64,000 bases of DNA from positions 23,746,001 to 23,810,000 of the forward strand of contig OY740808.1 in the NCBI GenBank assembly GCA_963514005.1, read 5' to 3'. This document shows, one piece after another, positions 37,068 through 48,030 of the stretch; position 1 is the first letter of the stretch, and every line of letters starts with the position of its first letter. The position numbers were made by a program, and so were the translations under genes. This DNA is from Raja brachyura (lineage: Eukaryota). A model generated the notes under the pieces. That model saw only the letters and a list, made by a program, of their open reading frames with translations. It did not search any database and was not told where the DNA came from.

Positions 37068-38012
37068 CCTCCCCCTTCTCCATTCCCCCCCCCTTCTCCA
37101 TTCCCCCCCCCTTCTCCATTCCCCCCCCCTTCTCCATTCCCCCCCTTCTCCATTCCCCCCCCTTCTCCATTCCCCCCCCTTCTCCATTCCCCCCCCTTCT
37201 CCATTCCCCCCCTTCTCCATTCCCCCCCTTCTCCATTCCCCCCCTTCTCCATTCCCCCCCTTCTCCATTCCCCCCCTTCTCCATTCCCCCCCTTCTCCAT
37301 TCCCCCCCCTTCTCCATTCCCCCCCCTTCTCCATTCCCCCCCTTCTCCATTCCCCCCCTTCTCCATTCCCCCCCCTTCTCCATTCCCCCCCTTCTCCATT
37401 CCCCCCCCTTCTCCATTCCCCCCCCTTCTCCATTCCCCCCCCTTCTCCATTCCCCCCCTTCTCCATTCCCCCCCCTTCTCCATTCCCCCCCCTTCTCCAT
37501 TCCCCCCCTTCTCCATTCCCCCCCCTCTCCATTCCCCCCCCTCTCCATTCCCCCCCCTCTCCATTCCCCCCCCCTCTCCATTCCCTCCCCCCTCTCCATT
37601 CCCTCCCCCCTCTCCATCCCCCCCCTCTCCATCCCCCCCCTCTCCATCCCCCCCCTCTCCATCCCCCCCTCTCCATTCCCCCCCCTCTCCATTCCCCCCC
37701 TCTCCATTCCCCCCCTCTCCATTCCCCCCCTTCTCCATTCCCCCCCTTCTCCATTCCCCCCCTTCTCCATTCCCCCCCTTCTCCATTCCCCCCCTTCTCC
37801 ATTTCCCCCCCCCTTCTCCATTTCCCCCCCCTTCTCCATTCCCCCCCCCTTCTCCATTCCCCCCCCCTTCTCCATTCCCCTCCCCTTCTCCATTCCCCCC
37901 CCCTTCTCCATTTCCCCCCCCCTTCTCCATTTCCCCCCCCTTCTCCATTTCCCCCCCCTTCTCCATTTCCCCCCCCTTCTCCATTTCCCCCCCCTTCTCC
38001 ATTCCCCCCTCC
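37068..38012. repeat. Polypyrimidine/polypurine minisatellite, unit about CTTCTCCATTCCCCCC(C)n (17-20 bp), ~950 bp
   Basis: Directly visible; produces the spurious G/E/K-rich and P-rich ORFs. Confidence 0.97.
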
Positions 38013-38717
38013 TCCGTCTACCTCTTTCTTCCCCCTTCACCCCTCTACTCTCTCTTCCCCCTTCCACCCGGGGTAGATCTACCCGAGCCGAGAATAGATT
38101 ACTCTAGCGTGGGGCCCCCTTAGGTGTGGGGCCCAATTCGTTCAATTGGCTTACGGCCGGCCCTGTGTGGTTCCCACACTCCATTAAAACTTAAGGGCCT
38201 AAAGTGTTGGAGTAACTCAGCAGATCGGCCAGCATCTCTGGAGAACATGGACGTTTTGGGTTCGGTCCTTTCTTCAGATTGGTGAGCCTGAAAAAAGGTC
38301 CTGAACCGAAATGTCCATGTTCTCCGGAGATGCTGCCCGACCTGCTGAGTTACTCCAGCACTTTATGTTCTGCGGTGTAAACCACCATCTGCAGTTCCTG
38401 GTTTCTCGATGAAATCGTATCTGGTTCGCTTGAGAATTTATTATATTATCTATAAAATCATAAATAAAACTGATTTAAATGTGCTTTTAAATATTAATTT
38501 GAATTTAATAGACCAAAAAATCTAGCAATTCAGCACTAAAGTCTCAACAGTGTTGGCTTAAAAGTGTTTTACTGTGGACATGACTCATTGGCCTACGAAT
38601 GTATTGCAATGCATATGTACATAGCTTAGCATTTCCCTTAGTATTATTAAGCAAATATTAATCTGAGAATATTATTACATAATGACCAGACCAGTTCCAT
38701 TTGTTGTTATATTCCAG

Positions 38718-38865
38718 ATGGGTGCTCGTATGGGAGAAAGGCTATCAAGAATTTGACTCTCCCACTGCCTCAGTCACCTCCAAAGTGAAAGGTATTGCCT
38801 TTACAAATTCCAGCCTACTTGAAGAACACCTATGGGATCCAGCTGATTATGTTATTCCTCCACAG
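38718..38865 (+). CDS. P2RX4: P2X4-like exon 2 (WVLVWEKGYQEFDSPTASVTSKVKGIAFTNSSLLEEHLWDPADYVIPPQ)
   Basis: AG/GT bounded, 148 nt; EKGYQ motif and the ATP-binding KVK lysines. Confidence 0.92.
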
Positions 38866-41560
38866 GTATAGTTTTCAAATGGCAGGGGGGGGGGGGGGGG
38901 GGGGGAAAGGCAAGCTTTTGAACTTCTGGATATTAACACACAATTCCATTTAATCTCTACAGTTTGAACTTCAAATAGTCCTTTCCAGTTATATAATTTC
39001 TGATCTATTGGACACTTGTGAAATAGATTAACTGTCATGATCTTAGACATCCAGATAACAAGAAATCCCGCAATTTCTGCATTAACTTTAAACACATTTA
39101 TGGAGGAAAATGCTGATTAAAGCGGGAAAATTGGGGTGAGAGATATTTAACACAGGTCTGTCTCCCCCATTAGCTAACTGAACCAAACCCATTTGAAAAC
39201 TCAGCGTGTTCCTGTTCCATAAGCCCAGTGTGGCTCTGAGGTTGAAATCTTCTCTACTGCTTTTAATGTATCCTCTAAAGTAATTTTGTCAGATATCTTT
39301 ATTTGACGCTTTTTATTGAAGTTTTTACCTATTTTTAAAAAGCTACGCATTTGATGTAAATATCTTCATTTGTTAGGTAAAGCAAGAAGAAACAAATGTG
39401 TATTTTGCTGCACAGCCAAAGAACCTACCTTAAACACAATGCCAATTTAGACATACAAAACCATTGTTCATAGTTAAGAATCAGTCCGTGTCATACAGGG
39501 CAGCATATGGTGGCGCAGTGATAGAGCTACTCCCTTACAGCACTAGACACCCAGATTGTGTAACTATCTCTTACACATGTAAGCAATACATGCTGTATTC
39601 CTACAGTATTTGGCCATTCAGGCTGCAAAATGCAGAGAGAATGCTCCAAATTTATAGCAAATTGCAATGGGGTTATTGCCATAATTATAATAGTCAACTT
39701 CTGGATCATGTACATAAGCAGTTGAATGTAAAAATGCAGAAGATGCTGTTGGCAACTTGATAGGAATAATTGTTGCAACTTTTCTGATATCAATCAGAAT
39801 ATTGATAATAAATGTCAACTATTTATACTGGCTGTTTTTCTAAACGGCCAAGAAACATTATCTTTAAATTGTGTAAGATATGACTGTTTTTAACGCATAC
39901 ATAACCATATTAACGGCTTAGAACCTCTCAAGCGCCAGATAACTAATATTGCATATGTTGACATATAAATTCCTTGGATAATGATTTTAAAATTCCATGT
40001 TTTTTTTCAAGTTGATGTTGCACTTTAGTTTGTTCTCCGCAAATGATTTAAAAACAGTTAAAAAAAGGTGGCACAATTGTGGAGCTATTGGTGCCACTGA
40101 CCAATGGGTTCCATCCAGAACTAAGTGGGGTCCAGGTGAAGATCGAATGTTCTCCCTGTGAGTGCGAGGGTTTCCTCCGGGTGTTCTGGTTTCCTCCCAC
40201 ATCCCAAAGATGTGCAGGTCGGTAGGTTAATTGGACACTGTAAATTTCCCCTAAATTGTGTAGCGAGTTATAGAATCTGTGGGGAAGCTGATGAGGTGAT
40301 AATATGAACTGATAATAGAATCCGTGGGGAGAATAAACAAATGGAATTAATATAGGGATAAATGTAAGTAGGTGGTTAATGTTTGTTGTGGACTTGATGG
40401 AGCTAAAGGTCCTGTTTCACTGCTGTATATCTCTACTGTAAAAGTGCAGCTATTTATTTCCTGGCTTTCCAGCTGTGGTTTATTCAATATGATTGATGCT
40501 CCTCCAACTTAAAGGCAAAAATGTTGCTGTAACTCTAAATGTTTATGGCCATTGATGATGATAAAGGGGATATTTATTTCATTGAGACAATTAATATATT
40601 ATTTATTATCTTTCCAGTCAGCTTAAACCGATGTTTTTAACAAACTGCACATCAGAAAATCCAGACAGTTTGTGCTGTGTCAAAAAAAAGTGTTTTTCAT
40701 AAAGTATTTGATTTCTCTTTGCCAGTATGTGTTTTCTTTTTATTTCAATTTGTTGGCAATGATAAATGGAGTGCCCTTCTTCTGGTTGCTAAATAAAGAC
40801 TTCTTTGTCGACTTTGAAATTCTTTAGCTATTTTAGAGAACTTGGTAGGGCAGTCAACACGTATTTAAAGGCATTTGATAAAGCTCCCGGGTGATCCAGA
40901 AGATTAAAATGCACAGGATTACAAGTGAGTTGATGGAATGGATTCCAACTTGTATACTGAACGGTACTGGATTGTGTTTGAAGGACAGACAATATTCAGG
41001 CTGGAGCTTAGTGTTGAGTGGAGTTCCACAGGGATCTGTGCTGGGACCTCTTTTAAAAAAAAACTAGACTAAGTGCAGATTACTCCCCAAATGGTGTGCG
41101 TTGGGGAGCCGATGAAGCTGTTTTTGAAATGAGGCCCTCCTCCTGACGTCACTGGAAGCTGTTGTTATAAAAGGTGTTTTTGGCTTTGGTTTCGGGGGGG
41201 GGGGGGGGGGGTGGAGGGTGTGAATAACCTGGGGGGAGGGGGCTGGGGGGGATAACCCAGGGGTGGAAGGGGGTGGGGATGTGAATAACCTGTGGGGGGG
41301 GGTGTGAATAACCGGGGGGGAGGGGGCGGGGAAGTGTGAATAACCCGGGAGGGCGGGGGTGGGGGTGTGGCACTCGGCAACTTGAGAGCCCATTGTGATT
41401 ATCATCACTGGAAGCTCCTGGAAAAAAGGCTGTGAGAAGCTGCGGTTACTGTTGGCAACGTTCCATTGTGATGTAATTGTGGTACTCGGCAGCTTGAGAG
41501 CCCATTGTGATTGGTGCACTGTGAGTGGCATTGTGACATCATCAGTGGAAAGTCCTGGAA

Positions 41561-41845
41561 ACATAGAAACTAGGTGCAGGAGTAGGCCATTCGGCCCTTC
41601 GAGCCTGCACCGCCATTCAATATGATCATGGCTGATCATCTAACTCAGTATCCCGTACCTGCCTTCTCTCCATACCCTCTGATCCCCTTAGCCACAATGG
41701 CCACATCTAACTCCCTCTTAAATATAGCCAATGAACTGGCCTCAGCTATCCTCTGTGGCAGAGAGTTCCAGAGACCCACCACTCTGTGTGAAAAAAGTCC
41801 TTCTCATCTCGGTCCTAAAGGATTTCCCCCTTATCCTTAAGCTGT
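41561..41845 (-). mobile_element. CR1-type LINE 3' end fragment (similar fragments near 500-905, 5230-5740, 18180-18450, 51080-51355, 55545-56010)
   Basis: Conserved 3' UTR GCCATGATCATATTGAATGGCGGTGCAGGCTCGAAGGGCCGAATGGCCTACTCCTGCACCT on the minus strand. Confidence 0.85.
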
Positions 41846-41997
41846 GGAAAAAGGCTGTGAGAACTTTTTTTTTACTTTAAAAAAAAAACTTGAATCGTCA
41901 ATAACTTGTGAAATATAGGATGAAATCTTAAGTGAACCTAATTACTGCGTGGAGGGGAAAAATGTGAGAGAGTATGAAAACATTTAAGCGCTACAGG

Positions 41998-43044
41998 TAG
42001 CAATGTTACAAAATTTTGAGATTTTAAAAATCAAGTCTGCAATTTATCCCATCAGATAAAGCATAAAAAGAAGTTTAATTTGACACCTAATTCACTTTCA
42101 TATCTTCAGTACTAAACAAGTTATGGCCATTTTCATACTCTGAAATTAGCAATTTGTTTCCTATTGTTTTTCTATTGACTTAACACAAAAGTTGTGATCG
42201 AGGACAGTCAAAAGCCCATAACTTTTTTAAAAATTAAGTGAACTGAAAGAAATTTTCAGTTATTATAGATTGAAGTATTCTGAAACAAATATGAAACAAT
42301 CTTACTTGGATGACCTGAAATTAAAGCATATAATTAGTTAGTTACCAATTGTAGCTAATTACAAAATTCAATTACTAGATCTAAACATCTATCCATTTCT
42401 TAAGAAAAAATTTAAAAATAATTTTAACGCCTAAGTGTCCAATTAACATTCACGGAATAATTCACAATATAACATGATTTTTAAATCTGATTGTCATTAA
42501 TTTATAGGCCAAATTGAAGGAATTTAGTGTTTAATGCCCATAAATTAATGGGCATTTTAAACAGCTTACGAGTGGGATTTTCTGGAACGCGATGGATTAG
42601 AACGTTGCGGTTGCGGTGAATTTAAACCCCATATCGGCAGGACAAATTCTGACGGTTCGTATGGGGACTAAGTCACCGTTTCGCAACATTAAATGTTGAT
42701 TAAGGTCATCTAAAAAAGCAGGTTTATATGTAAAAATAAACAGCTTTCACTTACCTGTCCCCTACGTAAAATCGGTCCCCGTTGTCGGCGTTCACGGCAT
42801 TCGGAGCTAATTTTTATTTTACTCCAGCGCTGAAATAGTCGGGCTATTTATTAAAAAAAATTAACTTACTGGCAGTCGGAACGAATCTCCAGAAATAAAC
42901 CGCACTCCGACAAAAGAAAGCTCCAGATGGCAAGGGGAAAAAAACGCATTTTAACCCCGCCCCCCCCTTAAAGGCGCCAAAGTCGCGCACACGGCCAGTG
43001 ACAGAACTGCAGCACCGCTAAAGGTAAGTTTTGTAACATACCTA
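41998..43044. mobile_element. Copy 3 of the ~1 kb TIR element
   Basis: Same termini; flanks CTACAGG (41991-41997) and CTATAGG (43045-43051). Confidence 0.85.
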
Positions 43045-43135
43045 CTATAGGGTAGTGTTTTGTCGAAGGTAGAAAAAACACACACACACACGCGCGTATA
43101 CATACAAGATGAGACTTAGAGAATAGTGGATAGAA

Positions 43136-43905
43136 AGATAAATAAATGGCTTGGATATGAATGTTTGCAGATGACACCATGACTGCTGGGGTTGCGGATT
43201 GTCAGGAAGGCTGTCTAAGTATACAGCGTGATATAGATCAAATGCAGAAGTAGGTGGAGAAATGGCAAATGGAATTTTATCCAAGCAAGTGTGAGAAGTC
43301 GCTTTGGGAGGTTAAATGTAAGGGGAGACGATACAATTGATGGCAAGATCCTTAACAGCATTGATATACAGAAGGATCTTGGGGTCCAAGTCCATAACTG
43401 CCTGAAAGTAGCATTACAAGAAGATAGAGTCGTATTGGAATGCTCGCCTTCAATGGTTGGGGCATTGAGTACGAGTCAAAAATACATGATTTACAGGACT
43501 TTGGTTAGGCAGCAGCTTTGGTCACCCCATTACAGGAAGGACGTGGATGCTTTGGAAGGAGCACAGAAGAGGTTTACCAGAATAATGCCTGAATTAGGGG
43601 GTATTTGCTACAGAGTTTGGACAGACTTAGATTGTTTTCTCTGGAATACCAGAGGTTGCGGAAGACCCAATAGAAATATATAAAATTATGGAAGGCATAG
43701 ATAGGGTAGACAGTTAGAACATTTTTCCGAGAATATAAATGTCAAAGGCATAGATTTAAGGTGAGAAGGTAAACGTTTATAGATGTGCAGTGCTAACGGG
43801 GTGGTAGTGGAGGCAGAACAATAGTGCCATTGAAGAGACTTTTCGATAGACACATGGATAACGAGGAAATGGGGGGGGGGGATATGGATTATGTTCAGGC
43901 AGTAA
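43136..43905 (+). mobile_element. CR1-type LINE fragment, continuing from 40850-41052
   Basis: FADDT, KDLGV, WSPHYRKDVDALE.AQKRFTR; upstream part ends in GVPQGSVLGPL at about 41052. Confidence 0.8.
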
Positions 43906-44611
43906 ACTAGTAGAACTTTTTTTTCCGTTATAAAACCTGACTAATTTAACATTACATTTATTTAATGGAATAAAAATTAAACTTATTCTCTAAAGAATCT
44001 CTGAGCTCAATCTTTTGACTGTAAACAGAAACACGTATTCCTGTTGCAGTAAGAGTATATTTCAATACCCACTGAATCACTAATGTTGAACTTATAGGAG
44101 GTAATATTGAAAGTTCAGTTTCACTATTTCCCCCTCGTTTCTGCAAAGGTCATGTCCCAAAGTGTTGGGAAATTAAAGCATTTTTTGTTGTAGTTATTTG
44201 TGTCTTCAGTCCTTTGTAATAAAATGTTAATTAAACAAAAAACAACTTTTATTTTAAAACATCCAAATATACAACATGGTGATGCACCACAGTTCCAGTG
44301 ACTCGGGTGCAATCCAGACCTCTGTATGCACTTTCCACATTTTACCTGCTGTAACTGCATGGGTTTCCAGTGGCTGCACCAGTATCCTCCCGTATGGGGA
44401 CAATGAGTTGTAATGGGTCACTGCAAATTATCCTCGGTGTGTGGATGAGTGGTCGAGTCTTGGGGAAGGTGATGGGGATGTGGAAGGAATAAAATGTAAT
44501 GTAGAATTAGTCCAGCTGCATCTCAGTTGTTGGCACAGACACAATGGGCTAAAGGTCTTTTGTTGTTTACACACATAATTACAGTTAATCTAACATTTTT
44601 TCTCTTAACAG

Positions 44612-44683
44612 GAAGAATCTGCATTTTTTGTTATGACCAATGTCATTGTTACCAGAAATCAGGTGCAAGGCTTGTGTCCTGAG
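44612..44683 (+). CDS. P2RX4: P2X4-like exon 3 (EESAFFVMTNVIVTRNQVQGLCPE)
   Basis: AG/GT bounded, 72 nt. Confidence 0.92.
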
Positions 44684-45566
44684 GTAAGAATCCAACAGCT
44701 ACACCAGATGCTGAAGGACTATCTTTTTAGTTAAACATACTGTAGATTTGCATCAATCAGCATTTGCAATTAAAATAGATTGCAGCCCATTATCACGCTG
44801 TAAGATTTGACCACCAAGTCGCAAACATTAATTCATCTCCGTAGTCCCTCAATCCTTTAGTTTGGTTTCATCAACATAAAGTAATAAGTATACATTAGGC
44901 ACATTCATTCTTAAGTACAGGAGGATAGGACTGTTGCAATCTATGATTGTGCCTATGTTTGGTAAGATTTTTACTAAATTGTACACAAAAAAGGAATTTA
45001 ACTGTATCAAAGCACAATAAAGTACCATTAACAATAAATATACAAGTTTTCAAAAGACCATTTGAAGTTAGGAATTTAATGTTTGATTTATTGTTTCAGG
45101 GCTTTCGTTTTGTGTACATGTGACAAATTTTAATCTCTTGCCTCCTGGGTTGTCATTCTTCTCTTCAATTAATTCTTAAATTATATATACCTCATGTCTT
45201 CACACACCTTTACTAATTAACAAAAATTCATAAGTAATTTTACAAATTTCATTTGACAGATGAGGAAATAGTTTGCCAACACTATTGAATCTATCATTTA
45301 AGACAATTCAGTTACAGGATCTTGCATACTGAGTTAATCCCCTTATTTTTACCTTTAAATCCCTCACATAATTCTAAGGACTCTATGCCATATCCTTTCC
45401 AAAGCCAAGATGCATATCATGTGGTGTTGTGCCAAAATATATGATATCTAGCCAAGGTTCTGTTCAACTGAAGCCCCATTTATGGTTGAATTTTAATCCT
45501 ATTCAGGTAATCCCAATGTTTCATTAATTGTTTAGTTTGTGCCTGTGCATTAGCTTTTAATTGTTA

Positions 45567-46426
45567 CTAGGCCAAGGGGGACCCGTTGGGTCCCTTCTCC
45601 TCAAAGTGCGGTTGCGGGAGGGGGAAGCCTGTGGCGTCACGCACACACTAACCACCCCCCACACATGAGGGGGGAGGTGGCGGGGGGGGGGGGGAGGGAG
45701 AGAGGGCGGGGGGAGGGGAGAGGGCGGGGGGGAAGGGGAGAGAGGGGGGAAGGGGAGAGAGGAGAGGGTGGTGGGGGGAGGGAGAGTAGAGGGGAGGGAG
45801 GAGTGGGGAGAGAGGAGGTGCGGAGGAGGGTAGTGGGCAGAGGGGGGGCATGAGGGGGCAGAGTGGGGGAGAGGGGAGAGTTTGCGAGATGGGGGGGCGT
45901 GCCTCTCAGAGGGGGTTCTCGAATGCAATAATCACTCGCTCCCAGCAGCAAGAGCAAGAAGACAGCGTGTTTTTTTTCAAAGGTCTTGCGAGCATCGCGA
46001 CAGGCAACATGACTTGCAGCGCTGGGATGTGTCTTCACTCGCTGTGCAGGCTGCGAGGAGAAAGTTCTTCAAAAGCAAGCCGGTAACGTCCGGTGACCTC
46101 AGTATCTGCAGAACTTGATCGTTCTTTCTGTGCCTTTTGAAGAACGAGAGGGGTGGTGATGTAACCCGTGGAAAACAGTGCGCCTGCGCTTTGACAGCAG
46201 CTACTTTAATCCTTAGCTGGGGGTGGACCCACGAGCAAAGGCATTGAGACGACATCAGCAGGCCAGCAGTTAGGTTTGAAACAAAGTCAGATTGATGAAC
46301 AATTTTAGTAAAAAACTGGGGAAGTAATTAACCAAATTTACAGAGGAGTGGATTTTTGAAATCAGAAGGTAAATCTCTACCGGAATATGGAAAAATACAC
46401 ACACACACACACACTTTTAGTAAGTA
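45567..46426 (-). mobile_element. Helitron-like non-autonomous element A
   Basis: Minus-strand 3' end: hairpin GGGACCC-AAC-GGGTCCC a few nt before terminal CTAG followed by T; no TSD seen. Confidence 0.7.
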
Positions 46427-47640
46427 CTAGATCAAGTGCAGACCTGTTGGGTCTGTTCCCCCACAACAAGCGTTTACGGGCGGGGGGAATATTATTAATT
46501 TGTTCCTTTTACCCCATAACCGCCCTATTCACTGACGCAGAGCCCGCAACTCGCAGCTGCGTCGAGAGAGGGGGAGGGGAGCAGAGAGAGAATGGGGAGA
46601 AACCGAGAGAGAGGCAGAGACAGAAAGGCAAGAGACAGAGGTGGAGGAGGAGAGGGTGAGGGGGAGAGAGTTGGGGAGGAGGGGGGAGGAGAGGGGGCTG
46701 AGAAGGTGGGGGAAGGGTAAGGGGTGGAGGGAAGGGGGTAGGTAAGGGTGTGGGGGTTTAGGGGAGGGCAGGGAGGGGAAAGAGAAGGGGGGAAGAGAAG
46801 GGGGGGGAAGAGAGGATGGGAGGAGAGGGGCGATGAGGAGAGGGTCGGGGTGGCAGCTCGTGGGGGCAAAGGGAAGCGCACCCACCAGCGTGACAGAGCC
46901 GGGGATGGGGGGGGGGGGGGGTACAGACGATCGGGCCTTCCCGGAGAGGAGGTCGTCCCCTGAGGGGGGGGGTCGGGCGAGTGAGTGGGCTGTGAAATGC
47001 GAAGAGTGACAGAACCGGCCTCTGACTCTCTGGAAACCGGCAGCTTAGTGAGCGGGTGGGGATGGGAGGGGCGGGGCTTCACAAGCTGCGCCGAAAGTGA
47101 GGAGAAAACTTCTTTAGCACATGGGCGCCGCTGAGCCCGCGATCTGCAGAACATAGATCCTATAGCGGGATCTTTCTGCGCCTTTTGAAGAACGGGGTGG
47201 GCTAATGTAGCACGTTGACAGCAGCTGCATTAATCCAGAGCGGCGGGGGGACACGAGGAAAGGCATTGTGAGGTCAGCAGCTGGGCAACCTTAATATTTT
47301 TTTTAAAATGTCAGTTTGGTGATAAATTTAAGTAAATATCTCGGGAAATAATGGACCAAATTTGTAGAGGTTTGGATTTTTGAAATCATAAGGAAAATTT
47401 CTTTATTGTAATGTCAGCAGCTGGGCAGTGGTCAGATTTTTTTAAAGTCAGATTGGTGAACAATTTTAATTAAAAAGTCAGGAAAATATTGTACCAAATG
47501 TACAGAGGAGTAGATTTCTAAAATTACAAAGAAAATCTCTACTTTGTATGTAAAAATGTTCCCGTTTTGGCGTCTGGTTTTCAAGGAGATGCATTTCACA
47601 GGCAAATTGACACACCCACACCCACACCCATTAAGAAAAT
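46427..47640 (-). mobile_element. Helitron-like non-autonomous element B, directly abutting element A
   Basis: Minus-strand hairpin (CAGACC...GGTCTG, 46439-46455) before CTAG; internal blocks shared with A (GCCTTTTGAAGAACG, GGATTTTTGAAATCA). Confidence 0.68.
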
Positions 47641-47805
47641 ATCTCAATTTTGTCTTTCTTGGATCTAAAGTAGACTTCTCCATAATTTTATCCTCTCATC
47701 TAGTCCATGTCCCTTTGTAACTTTCTGCTCCCATCGACACTACTTACTATGGCTCCTATCTTGTGCCTTTGCAAATTTATTTAAAACATCCTACTTAATT
47801 ATTTA

Positions 47806-48030
47806 CCGAATCCGACCTTTCTGTCCTGGGCCGCCTCCGTGGCCGGAGTGAGGACCACCGTAAATTGGAGGAGCAGCACCTCATATTTCGCTTGGTATGA
47901 ACATTGACCTCTAATTTCAGGTAGTCCCTGCTTTCTCCTCCCTTTCTCAGCTCTCCCTCAGGCCACTGGCTCTGCCTCTTCCAGCATTTTTGGGTACCTT
48001 CGATTTTCCAGCATCTGCAGTTCCTTCTTA
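47806..48030 (+). mobile_element. Penelope-like C-terminal fragment
   Basis: Reads SDLSVLG...RKLEEQHLIFRL..MNIDLSNFR*, followed by the CAGCATCTGCAGTTCCTT terminal motif. Confidence 0.7.

Larger units (their letters stand above)
30797..38165. mobile_element. Non-autonomous hAT (Tip100-like ends) DNA transposon hosting the U3-U2-Keno insertion and a tandem repeat
   Basis: 14-bp perfect TIRs CAGGGCCGGCCGTA (30797-30810) / TACGGCCGGCCCTG (38152-38165); 8-bp TSD TGTGGTTC at 30789-30796 and 38166-38173. Confidence 0.9.
41064..43135 (-). mobile_element. Helitron-like non-autonomous element with nested CR1 fragment and TIR element; interrupts a CR1 LINE
   Basis: Starts CTAGACTAAGTGCAGA like the copy at 46427; G-rich segment, (CA)n near the far end; flanking CR1 RT sequence is split around it. 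Confidence 0.6.

Noticed and set aside
36870-38076. Long ORFs of 310-372 aa on both strands
   Set aside because: They are translations of the stop-free CTTCTCCATTCCCCCC minisatellite, with low complexity and no domain.
45557-47154. Pro- and Gly-rich ORFs (also 41064-41639)
   Set aside because: They come from G-rich tracts inside Helitron-like repeats.
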